From Malacoraja senta (taxonomy: Eukaryota), in assembly GCA_038087875.1 (NCBI GenBank), contig CM075988.1, positions 14,510,001-14,574,000 of the forward strand: a stretch of DNA of 64,000 nucleotides. Direction: 5' to 3'. The notes beneath the pieces were generated by a model, which ran no database searches, had not been told where the DNA came from, and saw only the letters and a program-made list of their open reading frames with translations. Positions 23,781 to 36,999 of the stretch are shown one piece after another. Position 1 is the first letter of the stretch. Every line of letters begins with the position of its first letter. The position numbers and the translations under genes are program-made.

Positions 23781-25115
23781 AGGGCCAGTCCCACTTTCAC
23801 GACATAATTCACGACCTCTGCCGAGTTTGCCCTCGACTCATACTCGCAGCATGGTCATCACGAGGTCGTAGGAGGTCGTAGGTAGGTCGTAGCAGTTCGT
23901 GATGCTAGTCGTAGGTACTCGTGGCATCAAGTAGGTTGGGGCGTTTTTTCTAGCCTGATAAAAAATGTCCACGAGTAAAAAAAAGGTCGGCATGGAAAAA
24001 ATCGATACTTTTTACTCGTAGGTAGGTCGTAGGTTGGCCGTAGTAGGTCGGAGGTGGTCGGAGGCATTCGAAGGTAATAGCTCCGGGGTGAAAAAAAGGT
24101 CAGTAGAAAAAAAGGTTATTTAAACAGCAGAACGTCACCTCTGTCACTCCAAGGCATGTTTATTCATAGCTGGAGAGTTTTTTGGAGAGGAGACTTGTGT
24201 TTTAGAGATGGCACCAAAAAGGCTGTAGTGCAGGGGGAGAACACAACCCTAAAAAAAAACTGCCATGTAGGTGTTACCCACCCAGGAGGAGGAGTGGAGG
24301 GAGGTGATGCCACAGGAGGTGATAGTGCAGGAGGAGGTTGCCCTGCATGAGAGACCCCTGAAGGAGGAGACCAGGGTGGTAGTATACAGTATGTCCCCAG
24401 CACCACCCCATCCTTCACTGCCTCATTTGAAGGCAGCAAAGCAGCCCTTTCTCCTGTGTCTGACACAGCATCAGAGGCAGATGCCCCATTGGTGGTGAGT
24501 GAGGGCTGGAGGAAGGTTATGCCCTACACCTTCACGAGGCAGCAGGAGGGGGACCTTGAGGAATGGTTCCAGCAGAATGCCATCCTGTACGAAAAGGAAA
24601 ATGAGGGGTACAGGGACAGGGACAAGAATGGCATGCTTGCCATCCACTGCCCCACATGTGTACTTAAAGTTCCATCTTTTGTCAAAGCCCAGCGCCACTC
24701 TCTTCCAGTCATCTGGTGTACTGGGACAGTCCATCACATCATCTCCATTCACTCATTGAGGCCTCTTCTTGTGCTTCCTCTTCACCCTTGCTCTTCCCCT
24801 TCTGCCTTTCTTAAAAGGCTGCTGAAGCAAAAGGGCTACTGCAAACAGCAGTAAAACGTACATGGTCGAAGCCAGTCTTCAACATAGTCGAAGGAGGTCG
24901 AAGGAGGTCTTCTTCATAGTCGTGGGAGGTCTTCAACATAGTCGCGGGAGGTCTTCAACATAGTCGTGGGAGGTCGTAGACATAGTCGTGGAAGGTCGTA
25001 GGAGGGCGAACACATAGTCGTGTAGGGGGTCGTAGGTTTTTTTACCTTGATTTTTTTTAGGTCGTTTAAGGTCGTCAGAGGTCGTGAATTAGGTCGTGAA
25101 AGTGGGACAGGCCCT
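23781..25115. mobile_element. PIF/Harbinger deletion derivative with transposase and Myb/MADF-like ORF remnants
   Basis: TIRs AGGGCC(A/T)GTCCCACTTTCACGAC(A/C)TAATTCACGACCTCTG, flanked by TTA/TAA. Minus strand reads CPSTPDDWKRVALGFDKRWNFKYTCGAVDGKH; plus strand reads FTRQQEGDLEEWFQQNAILYEKENEGYRDRDK. Confidence 0.9.
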
Positions 25116-25289
25116 TAACTAACAGAAAAAAACATAGTTTTTCTAACAGAAAAACTTAGTTTTTCAGCCCTAATTTTTTCTTCCGTTTATTTTTTCAGCC
25201 CTAAGCAACAGTCTAACTATTTGACTAAATGGAGTTTGGTGAATTTTATCTTGCTGTTCCTGTAACTAACCACATCAGTAAGTAACAAA

Positions 25290-25670
25290 GACTAGAGGTG
25301 AAAAGACGACTGAAGTGTGTCAGATAGGATAGAAGAGGAGTGAAATGTGAAGCCGAAGGGAAGTGTACGGGTAATGGGAGAGCAGGAAAGAGAGGGAATA
25401 TAGGAAAATCTAGGAGTCAGGGATGGGAGATGACTTACAAAGAAGGGGAAGGGAGGGGGTGGGGGGGGAAGTGAGGTGAGGTGGGAGATCTCATTGTATC
25501 CTTCCATCATTTGCCTGATTCTGTTTCGTTACGACTTCTCTTTTTCCAACTTTCTCCTCTTTATCCCAATCAGCCTGAAGAAGGGCCCTGTCCCCAAAAC
25601 ATCATCCATCACTTCCACAGATGCTGCCCAACCCATTGAGTTCTCCCCGCACTTTGTGTTTTGCTCCATT
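25290..25670. mobile_element. Old Penelope-like tail fragments in inverted arrangement
   Basis: Purine-rich arm followed by cctgaagaagggccctgtccccaaaacatc and the shared tail. Confidence 0.55.
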
Positions 25671-26205
25671 TTGTTTGAATGTGTTTCTACATTTGCAGAG
25701 AGTTGCCAGCATGCATGCTATATGTTGCAAAGCAATTGCATTGTTAAAGAACTACCAAGAGTTAGACCAGAGCCAACAGAAAGTGTGAAGTCTGTCAGCA
25801 GAAGCACCATGCCATGCCCCCATCTATTGATAAATAATGAATGCCGGAACAACACTGCAGCATGCCATCTGAAAATTCCTAAACTAATTAGCAAAATCTT
25901 CATCAGCAGTCTCAAATTTTGCAAAGCAACACCCACGCACCACTGATGGGAAAGGATGCCCGACTCAAAAATAGCTGCTTGATTATGCAATTTGCTTTGC
26001 CCATGGAGGATCATTTTAACATAATCAAAGACTCTTATCCAAGTTATAGGTCCATGGCGATGGGCTGCTTACTGCCAAACCATAATCTCAGTATTTAAAA
26101 CTCCAGCTTTATTCCTGCAAAAATATGACAGCAATTGTTTTTAAGCAAACTGTCACTTTGGATCAATAAAACAAATTCAAGAAATTGAATTCAAAACTAT
26201 ACTAC

Positions 26206-26515
26206 TTTTAGTTTAGTTCAGGGATGCAGTGCGATAAACAGGCCTTTTAGCCTACTGAGTCCACACCGACTAGTGGTCCCCGTACACTAGCACTATCCCA
26301 CACACTAGGGACAAGTTACAATATTAATCAGCCAAATTAATCTACAAACCTGGAGGTCTTTTGAGTGTGGGAGGAAACTGGAGCACCCGAGGGAAACCCA
26401 CGCGTTCACGGGGAAAACGTACAAACTCCGTACACACAGCACTCGTAGTCAGGATCACATTTGGGTTTCTGGCGCTGTAAGGCAGCAACTCTACCACTGC
26501 GCCACCCTGCTGCAC
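26206..26515 (-). mobile_element. tRNA-derived SINE (HE1/V-SINE-like)
   Basis: Reverse complement of the SINE consensus. Confidence 0.9.
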
Positions 26516-29500
26516 CTATCGATAATATGTCAATTTTTATAAATAATGATTTTCGGCCAGTAGCTCGTTGGAACTACCTATAACCATTTAACAACCAGCC
26601 CTTACCCCTACTGAGTAAAAATACTCAGTACAAACCAGGACAACCAAATCACATTACATTTTATTCCTTAACAACCCATCCTCTAAGTAACGTAGCTAAT
26701 CTCACTGCAAATTTTACCATGCAAACTGTTAACATTAAGGATTATTTTCCAAGGATCTTCACACATTCAACCCACATTGTTGAACTTTCTTGAAATAGAA
26801 ATTTAAATCATGATTCAAGTAGTTATTCCCAGATAGGCACACAACTAAAAATCCTGTTTTGATCAGATAAGAAAAGAAAATGCTGGTGTTCCTGGCATCT
26901 TATTTTTAAATGGATAACAAGGGGTAAATGGTACTTTTCTATCAAAGCATAAAATATCCAATTCATTTCAACCCAGAAAAGTCTTATTCTTTCACTTTTT
27001 GAATAGTATCCTTTAGCATCAATTTTACTTAGTCCCAAGACACAACATACAGCTACACAAAGGCCTTACCATTTTCCTCCCAGCATACAGCAATCAAATA
27101 TACCACCCACTTCTTATTAACTACTTATAATGTCAATTTGCCACACAATGTCAGGGCTTCTCATTTACTCCCAAAGAACAGCAATCTCTCACATCAAACC
27201 GTTTTCACCTGATGTCCCCATAGGATAATCAGGCATGGTAAACTCCCATTCTCAAAGAAAAGTTAAACACATCAAATAATTTCTCATTTATTCCTCAAGT
27301 TTCATTGCAGCAAGCAATGCTCATGTATACTTCTCATTGTATATATCTCCTCACTGAAACAGAACACTTTAAATACAGTTGATGCCAGCAAAGAAAATTA
27401 TCTTCTAAAATGTGCTTTTAATGGGATTATATTAAATGACAATGGTCCACTGACTTTCCCTGAGAAAATACATTGAGAAATCTAAGCATTTTTATTTTAA
27501 AAATATTCCTATTCATGGTTTATCTGTGAGACTGAATTGATGATTTTATCAATGGTTAAAAGTGATTAAATTGGAGACATATGCCTGTTTGCGATTTTAA
27601 ACTGGATGTTATAGAAATTCTGATTTAGACATAAGAGCATTAGATAATCAGTTAATTGTTATTAGAATTTAATTTGATCTGTGTCAATGTTGCAGTTAAA
27701 TGGCTAGTTAATGACTTACTTATCACTTGTGAACTATGAAAAAAGCACAGCTAAATCAAGCATCTTGGGCTTTTAAAAATTAAGAACAAACTCTCCATTC
27801 AATTTTCCTCACCACCAAATAAGGTAGAAAAGTTCCAAGCAACTGTTTTCAAGATGATTATTGCAATGTCATACTGGTAAATGATAAATCAGAAACAAGC
27901 AGCAGGCTGTGTTAATTATGTTGCCGACTGTGAATAATGGGGTCTATTTGGAGTTTTGAGATGGGTGCCTTAATATTCATTTTCCAGCCACTCAGAAGCT
28001 TCATCACAAAGTCAAAATTCAACTTTACTAACTCCTACTGAAACTAAGAAACTATATGGAAAACAATAAATCCTATTTCTGGTCAAAAAAATATATCCTA
28101 AACCAGCTGTTGAAAACCTGACACAAGTTCAGCTGCATGTATGTCAGTCTCTCAAACGAGAAAACTGTGCCTTCAGTCAAGCAAAATATAGCTCAAAGTC
28201 CTGAATGGGTTTAGATTGTCTTTGATATTTAATCTAGATTTTGTTGACTGATCCCCAACGGATAGATTGGCATCAAGTTTCCATGCATGATCTCTATTAG
28301 CCTATAAGTATAGGCAGTTGGCAGCACCACAAGGAACCTGGCTCATTTCCCTGGAACCAAAAGAAATCTCTCAGCACATTTACGTATTGTCCTTTTTTTC
28401 AAACCCGCTAAAATAATTGTTATTTTCTCTCTGGGATTTCATGTAGTTTTTATTAACAACAGAGATGTTTATGGCTTGAAGCATTCTGCCATTATAGTTG
28501 GGAAATACAATCACAAAGAGGATAATCGCCAGACAGAGCCAGTTCCACAAACGGTTGTTCAGCACAATGCATTAAAACCAACAGGTGCTACACCCAATGA
28601 ACAATATGGTTCAAAGCCTGGAATTCTTTCCTCGTTGTGTTTCTACGCACTAATAGATGAACAAGGACACCATTAAACTCTCTACCTCCCATATACTCTC
28701 ACCTTGGACCTCATTTTTTTGCTACTGGTTTGTTTTGAAGGCTAAACTTGAGTCATCAGGTTGCTTATTCTGAGTTGCCATTTGAGCCTGCTAATTTATT
28801 CATCATCAGTTTGCTGAATCACAATGACCTGCAATACTCCATATGGTTTATTACAGGGGGGTTTTTCAACTTACTTTATGTACCAAATATTCTTCAAGCA
28901 ATCTCATGCAAGGTAATTAGCTGGGATTGCTGCTGTATTTGACTAACAGAACACAAAATTAATTTAAAGCAGGTTCACATTATTACAGTCAAGTACATAA
29001 GTACATAAAGTGGGCACTACGAGATGAAAATGATTGGTTCTAAGCTGAATTACAAGATTAAGACAAAAACATTTAATCCTACAAAAATGAATAAACCTAT
29101 CAAATAAGTACTGCAGAAAGACTTCCTAATTCTACATCAAAAACTGGCAAGTTCATCGATTAAAATGAGCATCATTCAGTTCTCACATTTCCGTAGTCAG
29201 ACCACCAAATAAAATGAACAGTCTCCATTCTGACTTCAGGAGGTATTTTTGCAGTTGGGGAAAGAAATTAAATCAGCATTTACATATACAACACATCAGA
29301 GCAATTCACAACAAAATGAAGATCCTTTAAATGGGGACAAAGCTGTTTCATAAGCAAACAAGGTTGCAAATCTGTTTACAGCAAACTGCAAAAAAAAGGG
29401 AAATATGTGACCAGTGATACCATTCTGTTTACCAAGTCACAAGGAAGGTGCTCTTCTTCAAATAGTGTCATTTTTTTTTATTTTTATATCTACCTTAAAA

Positions 29501-29599
29501 TAAGTTGAGGCTTCAGACTACTAGCATTTCCAGAAAATTGAATTTCTAATGTGTGACCCCCTCAGTGCTGCAACAATTATGATGGAGTAATAAGAAACA

Positions 29600-29735
29600 C
29601 AGGCTGAAGAGGGGTCTCAACCCAAAATGTCACCTATTCCTTTTCTCCAGAGATGCTGTCTGACCCGCTGAGTTACTCCAACTTTTTGTGTCTATCTTAG
29701 GTTTAAACCAGCATCTGCATTTCCTCCCTGCACAT
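29600..29735 (+). mobile_element. Penelope-like terminal fragment
   Basis: ctgaagaggggtctcaacccaaaatgtcacc followed by the shared tail. Confidence 0.8.
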
Positions 29736-31923
29736 TTCGGCTGCAGAATTGCTGTTGCAAATGGCTCAATCCACGCTCGATGATAGAGGGAAGTAAATAC
29801 AAACTTAAAGGTACTGTACGCCAATTTTAAACACTCCTTGATCAGCTGCTAAGTGATTTTAAGCGGAATCTGACTATTCTCAGATGGGCTGTGAGTGGAA
29901 TTTCGTGTTTTTCTCAGGAAAGCACAGGGAGTGATGAGACACTGTACTAACAGATGAAAGCATTTCCTGCGACTATACTAGGACCATTCCTCTGAGGAGC
30001 TCAAAGAAAATAACGTTCTCATTCCTCAAGAACACGATTGCAACAATGACAATAAAATGGCAAGTGTCATGCTCATTCCAGGAGCATGAATGATTGAGCG
30101 AAAAATGTGCATAGATTCCAAGATAGGATGGAGAGAAAAAGGAATTATTTATGTGGAAGTAAATAGGGAGGCAGAATGGGAAGTGAATGTAAGTGTAAGC
30201 CAGATAGTCTATTTCAGGGGAACCTTTAGTGTCTGAGACATTAAACATCTTTGGTGTGTCATGTATAGCAACATACCTGATTGCCAAAGCTGGTTCTAGT
30301 AATAACTACAACACCTCAGCGGAAAACTATTCAGTAGCCTAAAATTTACAGGAGGCTTTGTACTCTGAATAATCTATGCACATGAGTGAATTTGATTGAT
30401 TTCTCTCATGGAATTTTCATTTTACATCATATTTCCAGACTTCATCTTCAGTTTCACTGAAATGAACTGGGGGAAAGTGAATGATGACTCATTTTTGGAG
30501 ATATTTTACAAGATGGTAACATTTGAAGGGACTCTCTGAGCAACCTAACCAATACAACAGTGCAATTTTAATAAATAAAAGCATGTTTGGACAGATTTAT
30601 ATTCATATGAATAGTTAAAGAAGAAGGCGGAATGCAAAAATAGAAAAGTCTATCCCACAGGCATGTCATTGATGACCTTTTTGGGATCCAATCATAATCT
30701 AATAACTAGTCAATTTCAAGCTCTATTCATTCTACACTTAACAATAAACAAGCAACAAGAACCAAATTGGTTAAATGCTATAGCACTACTTCATGCCAAC
30801 TTTTGCCAATCATTTTCCAGGATATTCCATAAATTCAACCTGAAATCATCCTCAAGCTATTGAAATATTTATACCACAAGCAAGATGAGGAACCAAGTTC
30901 TGAAGTAAAGCCACTGACCAGAATAGTTAAGTCTGTTTGCCTCGTCACTGATAATGCCCGACCTGCTGAGTGAGGTCTGTGGTCCGAAATTCTTCATTGG
31001 ATGCACAGACACAACTACCAAGCTAATTTACTCTACCTACTGGGGATGAATTTCTGGGTCAGTGTTGTTGCAATTCTGCTATTTTAACTTCACATTTTAG
31101 CCATTGTGCAGCTAATAATATTTTGACATTAACATTTGCCATAACCAATATAATAGTACAGAATGCTCCTTTGTAGTTTTAAACCATTGCAGGCCAATCA
31201 ACTGGATCAACGTTTTAGTCCTCATTGCTGTTGTACAACAATCTTATCAGAATTAAGATGATTAGCTTCCACTCCGTTATAAAGCAGAAATCCTATGATT
31301 TCTCAACAGCTGCAAAGTACAACTGATTAAAGGGTTAACTGGCATCACTGGGTGTTGTACCTGCCAATGGCTCGTTAAGCATAACAATACTTTGGCAATG
31401 ATTTCTAGACTAATTATGCAATGCTTTATTACACACAGACATGTGAAGCGTATCACTACTTATCATGGCAGCTAGCCTCCTTCGGGTGATCCCATATGTC
31501 TTAAGAGCATGGTAACTGATGCCTCATCAGAATCATTATACTTTCAGTGAAATATTTATTTTGATTTTTTTTATTAAACTCTCCATTGCTGCTGGAACTT
31601 CCATCAAACATATTCACCTTCATGTATCAATACATTTACATAGATACGTTTAGAAAAAGCCCTGGACAATTTAATGTCATGCAGACAAACTTTATAATGA
31701 AGAGGTGTGACGAAGAACCTGCTGGTTATGAATAGAAATTGTATTATATAAATTTTCCAGGAAAGTGTATATGCGTAACCAAGCAAAACTTTTGATCAGA
31801 ATGCTTTCCATCCAATTGGTTAATGCAAGGCTGGTTGCTGTCACAGTGCCGTGTGTAATGCCACCTTTATAACTTCATCATTGGTTATATTATGGAATAA
31901 TTAAATGTTGTGTAGAGTACAAT

Positions 31924-32235
31924 GGGTGGCATTGTGGCACAGCGATAGAGTTGCTGTCTTACAGTGCCAGAGACCCAGATTCAATCTGACTATGGGGGCT
32001 GTACTTCTGTACCGAGTTTGCACGTTCTCCCTGTGACCATATGGCTTTCCTCCAGGTGCTCCGGTTTCCTCCCACACTCCAAAGACGTACAGGTTTGTAG
32101 GATAATTGACTTCAGTAAGAATGTAAATTGTCCCTAGTGTGTAGGATAGTGCAAATACATGGGGTGGTCGTTGGTCGGTGCAGACTCGGTGGGCCGAAGG
32201 GCCTGTTTCTGCACTGTCTAAAGTCTAAAGTAAAA
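31924..32235 (+). mobile_element. tRNA-derived SINE (HE1/V-SINE-like)
   Basis: Full head, core and tail. Confidence 0.9.
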
Positions 32236-32360
32236 GCATTAAATTTCCATGTCAGATAAGTATTAAAATGGCATGGTGGCCCTCATAAAATGCACTTGAA
32301 CTAATGCCCAAGAACTTAATCCACTCGGTTGTAGAAATGCTTGTTGTTGGGTCTTTCAGG

Positions 32361-32433
32361 AAAAGCCAGGTTTTAACAATACTTTTCCAGGCTTGGACCA
32401 GCCTAGAACAGTATTATTAAAAACCTGGCTTTT
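32361..32433. repeat. Imperfect 73-nt hairpin
   Basis: aaaagccaggttttaacaatacttttccaggct - tggacc - agcctagaacagtattattaaaaacctggctttt. Confidence 0.85.
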
Positions 32434-32979
32434 GAGGAAATAATAATAACCCATTTAATTTGGTTGTTGCTATTTGTTCAAGGCAAATCCCTTTAAATAG
32501 TGAAAAAAGATTTTCAATAATCCAGGCCACTGTTTTTTTATATACATTAAATTGCAAAAATTGATCATGAACTCATCAATCTGAAATTACATAGATTCAG
32601 ACTTCAAAGCATACTAGTTAGAATGCAAACATTCAACACCCATAAATGACAAGACATAATCTATGGGTAAAGAGCCACTTGTAATGAGGCATTACAGCCA
32701 AATGCAGATGGGCCAGTATTTTCCCATCTCATGCTTTCCAATGTTTGTGATAAGAGATTGCCAAATTATTCATTCATTTGATTTTTTTAATTGTAAGTCT
32801 CAACTATCTTTCAATAGACCACTATAAATGACTACAAAGATAGCACTGCAGTTTTTATCCTGGTATTGCAAAAACGTGCAGTTTAAATAGAATTCCTCAC
32901 CTCTTAAGATGCGATCTCTGTACTTCGCTCCATTCTCCCCTTTTTACTGTCACCTGTATTTCATTTATCTTAACAAGAA

Positions 32980-33372
32980 TGTTTACTGGTCTGAGGAGTT
33001 TCAGCTCCAAAGTTAGACTGGAGAACCTGAAGTTGGTCTTTTTGGAGTAAAGAAGATTGAGAGGAGATTGGATGGAGGTGTAAAAGATCATAGTGACTTT
33101 GACTGGGTAAATCAAAGGTAGTTATGCCTAATATCAGATGGTGCAAGGACTAGTTTTTATGCACAGTGGCTATAATGCAGAATCTCTAAGGATGGTAGAA
33201 CAAGCAGCAATCCAGACTTTCAAATAGAGTTGGATTGGCAATTGAGGTAAAATCATTTGCTGAGCTATGGGGATAGAACAGGGCAATGGGACTGAGTGGA
33301 TTGCAGTTGATCAGAATGGACTCAATAGACAGAAAAGATTCCTTCTGTGCCGTGATAATTCTCTTATTCCAT
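32980..33372 (+). mobile_element. Old CR1 LINE 3' fragment
   Basis: agaagattgagaggagatttgatggaggtgtaaaagatcat and a diverged 3' UTR. Confidence 0.6.
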
Positions 33373-33823
33373 GATGCTAACCTGAATGGAGGAATTGGTA
33401 AACAAGTGTGTGAAACAAATAGTGTTTCGCTAACTTAAACAGTCAGCAATTTGATACCAAAGTATGCCCATATCTCCTGTGGTAGATTTGAACATTTTTT
33501 AAAAGCAAATCACACAGTGGATAGAATTCATGGTATTATGCAGAAATGTGGCTTAATGTGTCCCTTGAAATAGAGTATTAACTTCTTTACTTATTCCCAG
33601 GATTAGATTCACTTTGTTCTGACTGGAATTTAAAAAAAATCTTTAAGAAATGTCAGTGTTCATTAAGTGAAACATAAAGATTAGGTGACTCAACTTGCAG
33701 CTCAAGTTCATAATGTGTTGCTATTACCTTGATAAATTTAGTAAAGTTGTAGGAAACAAAATAATTAATTTTATTTTTCCTTCGTCAATACAGTATGTGT
33801 AATATTTCATCCATGAAGAAGTA

Positions 33824-34063
33824 TCTCACAGAGAGTGGCGAGTCTGTGGAATTCTCTGCCTCAGAGGGCGGTGGAGGCAGGTTCTCTGGATGCTTTCAAG
33901 AGAGAGCTAGATTGGGCTCTTAAAAATAGCGGAGTCAGGGGATCTGGGGAGAAGGCAGGAACGGGGTACTGATTGGGGATGATCAGCCATGATCACATTG
34001 AATGCTGGTGCTGGCTCGAAGGGCCGAATGGTCTACTCCTGCACCTATTGTCTATTGTCTATT
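33824..34063 (+). mobile_element. CR1 LINE 3' end
   Basis: Near-identical to 23282-23521, including the (tctattg)n tail. Confidence 0.9.
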
Positions 34064-34869
34064 ATCATGGTTAAATGTATCTGAACAATTGATGCCTATA
34101 TTACACCTTCAACAATAATCTACCACAAAATTAGAAAAGCTATATACTACACGATAATAGATTTACCTGCTAGACTTAACATAGTGTCTAAGAAACGTGT
34201 GAATTTTACTGGTTGACCACTTGCACTCTTGTACCATCAGAGGTGTTCATAAAGTTGAACCATAAAGTTAAGGAAATAATATTTTACGTGCCTCGGCCCC
34301 CCCCCACCCCCCCCCACACACCACCACCACCCCATTTCCTGCGTAACATTCACACCTAAAGCAAGAGGAACCAGTGTTTTATGTCACTTACCTCATTGTT
34401 GACTCGGGGGTAGGTACCACTTATGAACTGCAACATGGCTCCACATTTACAGCAATAATCACAATTCTAAATATTATTTCATTGTCTGAAAAAGATGTTG
34501 GAATGTCCTAGGATTCATAAGTTTACTACCATGAATTCCAGTTCCTGGATTCTCTTTATTTTCATATCAACAAGTATCTTTGCCATTTTAACAAAAGTGA
34601 AAATGTACTGCTGCCAACAGCGGCTGTTACGATATATATGTGTTCTTGACAACCAAAATGGTCCAGTTTATAAATGTGCCAATGGCAACATTAGAAAAAT
34701 GGCCCCAGCTGAAGTATATTCCCTGGATTGAGCTGTCTGAACCTTCTCTTCCTCTCTGAACATTTGTCAATGCAGCAAATGTTTCACACACAGACAGTAA
34801 GAGTTTCCCTTCCCTCTTTTCCCAGTGCAGCAGCTCAGAATGCAGTTTCAGCCAACTGCGGCTTTCCAT

Positions 34870-35046
34870 GTGTAACAAGGAACTGCAGATGCTGGTTTAA
34901 ACCGAAGATAGACACAAAAAGCTGGAGTAACTCAGCGGAACAGGCAGCATCTCTGGAGAGAAGGAATGGTTGACGTTTTGGGACCTATTCCCTCTCTCCA
35001 GTGATGCTGCCTGTCCTACTGAATTACTCCAGCTTTTTGTGTCTCT
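34870..35046. mobile_element. Short palindromic Penelope-derived element
   Basis: Inverted PLE tails meeting at ~34982. Confidence 0.75.
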
Positions 35047-35974
35047 GGCTTTCCATGCATTGGCCAACCATCCTGTCATTCCATGTGTGAGTTTGGACAT
35101 GGAATATTAATTACCTGGATCATACCATTATCTTCATCCATTAGAAATGCTGAGAATCAGAAAAAAAAGTTGTTTTTATTATCTCACAGCCTAAGGTCAT
35201 TGGTGTTACTTGTCATGTTACCTTAAATGACATTTTTAAGTTAATCAAAACAATTTTTTTAATTGCAATCTTATTTATTACAGATATTGAGAAGCCAACA
35301 AGTTTAAGATTTAATGTGCATGTCCTCTTGGTGAGAAAGCCAGAACCTTTATGGTAGTTAGCACTTTTGCAGACAGTGGCAGACATTCTGGCATGGGCAC
35401 CACAGTCACTAATCTCAGAAGGAGTTATTACTTGGCAGGTCACAGAAATTGAACCATTTATCTTCTGGAAAAATGTTCAATCCTAATCCAAGTTTATCCA
35501 GGGCACTTTCCTTCCCCTTATCTTGTCATGTATTAACCTATGGTGAGAGCACAGGCAACTATTTGTATCCATTGGGTATGCAAGCAAAGAATTTCACTGT
35601 GCCTAGTCACATGTGGCAATAAAATATTCCATAAGGTATTCCATTCCATTCCAACTGAACAAGCTGGTAGCTGACAATTGCAAAGCTAATCAAGGACAAT
35701 GTACTCTCCAAAGACATTGCTGCTACAGTGGCAAGGTTGTGATCAGAGCTGAGAATTAAAAATGTTCCTTTCTCTCTCTTGTACAATGCATTGGTTCCCT
35801 AGGCTTGCTGTGAATCATGCTGACCCCTCATTTCACATATTGTCTCTGTAGCTTCAGATGCAAATCCAATTGTATTTGATTGGAATAAGCTACCTGCTGC
35901 ACCATACATGTTATTAATATCAGCCAATATATCCCTGCCTTTCATCAAGAAATACCATTTCTGTTATCTAATAT

Positions 35975-36614
35975 ATCATGTTGGCCTTCATCATGAGAGG
36001 AGTTGAGTATAGGATGTCCTTCTGCAGTTGTACAGGGCCCTGGTGAGACCGCACCTGGAGTATTGTGTGCAGTTTTGGTCTCCTAATTTGAGGAAGGACA
36101 TTCTTACTATTGAGGGAGTGCAGCGTAGGTTAACGAGGTTAATTCCAGGGATGGCGGGACTGTCATATGGTGAAAGAATGGAATGACTGGGCTTGAATTT
36201 CACTGGAATTTAGAAGGATGAGAGGGAAAACATATAAAATTATTTAGGGATTGGACATGCTAAATGCAGGAAACATGTTCCCGATGTTGGGGGTGTCCAA
36301 AACCAGGGGCCACAGTTTAAGAATAAGAGGTAAGCCATTTAGAAGTGAGACGAGGAAAATCTTTTTCTCCCAGCGAGTTGTGATTTTGTGGAATTCTCTG
36401 CCTCAGAAGGCAGTGGAGGCCAATTCACTGGATGCATTCAAAAGAGAGTTAGATAGAGCTCTTATGGCTAGCGGAATCATGGGATATGGGGAGAAGGCAG
36501 GAACCGGGTACTGATTGTGGATAAAAAGCCATGATCACATTGAATGGCAGTGCTGGCTTGAAGGGCCGAATGGCCTTCTCCTGCACCTATTGTCTACGTA
36601 TCTATGTCTATGTA
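35975..36614 (+). mobile_element. CR1 LINE 3' fragment
   Basis: LQLYRALVRPHLEYCVQFWSP motif, ORF 36251..36514 and a (tctatg)n tail. Confidence 0.92.
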
Positions 36615-36999
36615 TTAAGGTAATCACCAAAATTATTGATTTGGAAACTAGGTGAGGAAGAATGGATATTAAATGGATGGCTGAGGAAATCTCCCTATCG
36701 ATCCAGTTACAGATAACATATGGGATAGACAGTGGGCAGAGCTAAGAATAAGCAACTTTCTCCTGAGGTTCTGGGGCTACTACTGTGAAGTATGCAGGAA
36801 GAAGGAAGTCACAGGATAACTCCTGAGAACTACAGGCCCGTGAGCCTTACAGCAGAAGTAGGAAAATTATTATAGAAATACTAATAGATCAATACGCAAG
36901 TCCTCTTGGTGAGAAATTCAGAACCTTTACAGTAGTTGGCACTTTTGGGAACAGTGGCAGAGTTTCTGTAATAGTCTCTGACATTTGGACATGTGCATT

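Noticed and set aside
24865..25035. Regularly spaced catagtcg repeats, superficially CRISPR-like
   Set aside because: There are no unique spacers, the context is eukaryotic, and they lie inside Harbinger TIRs as subterminal repeats.
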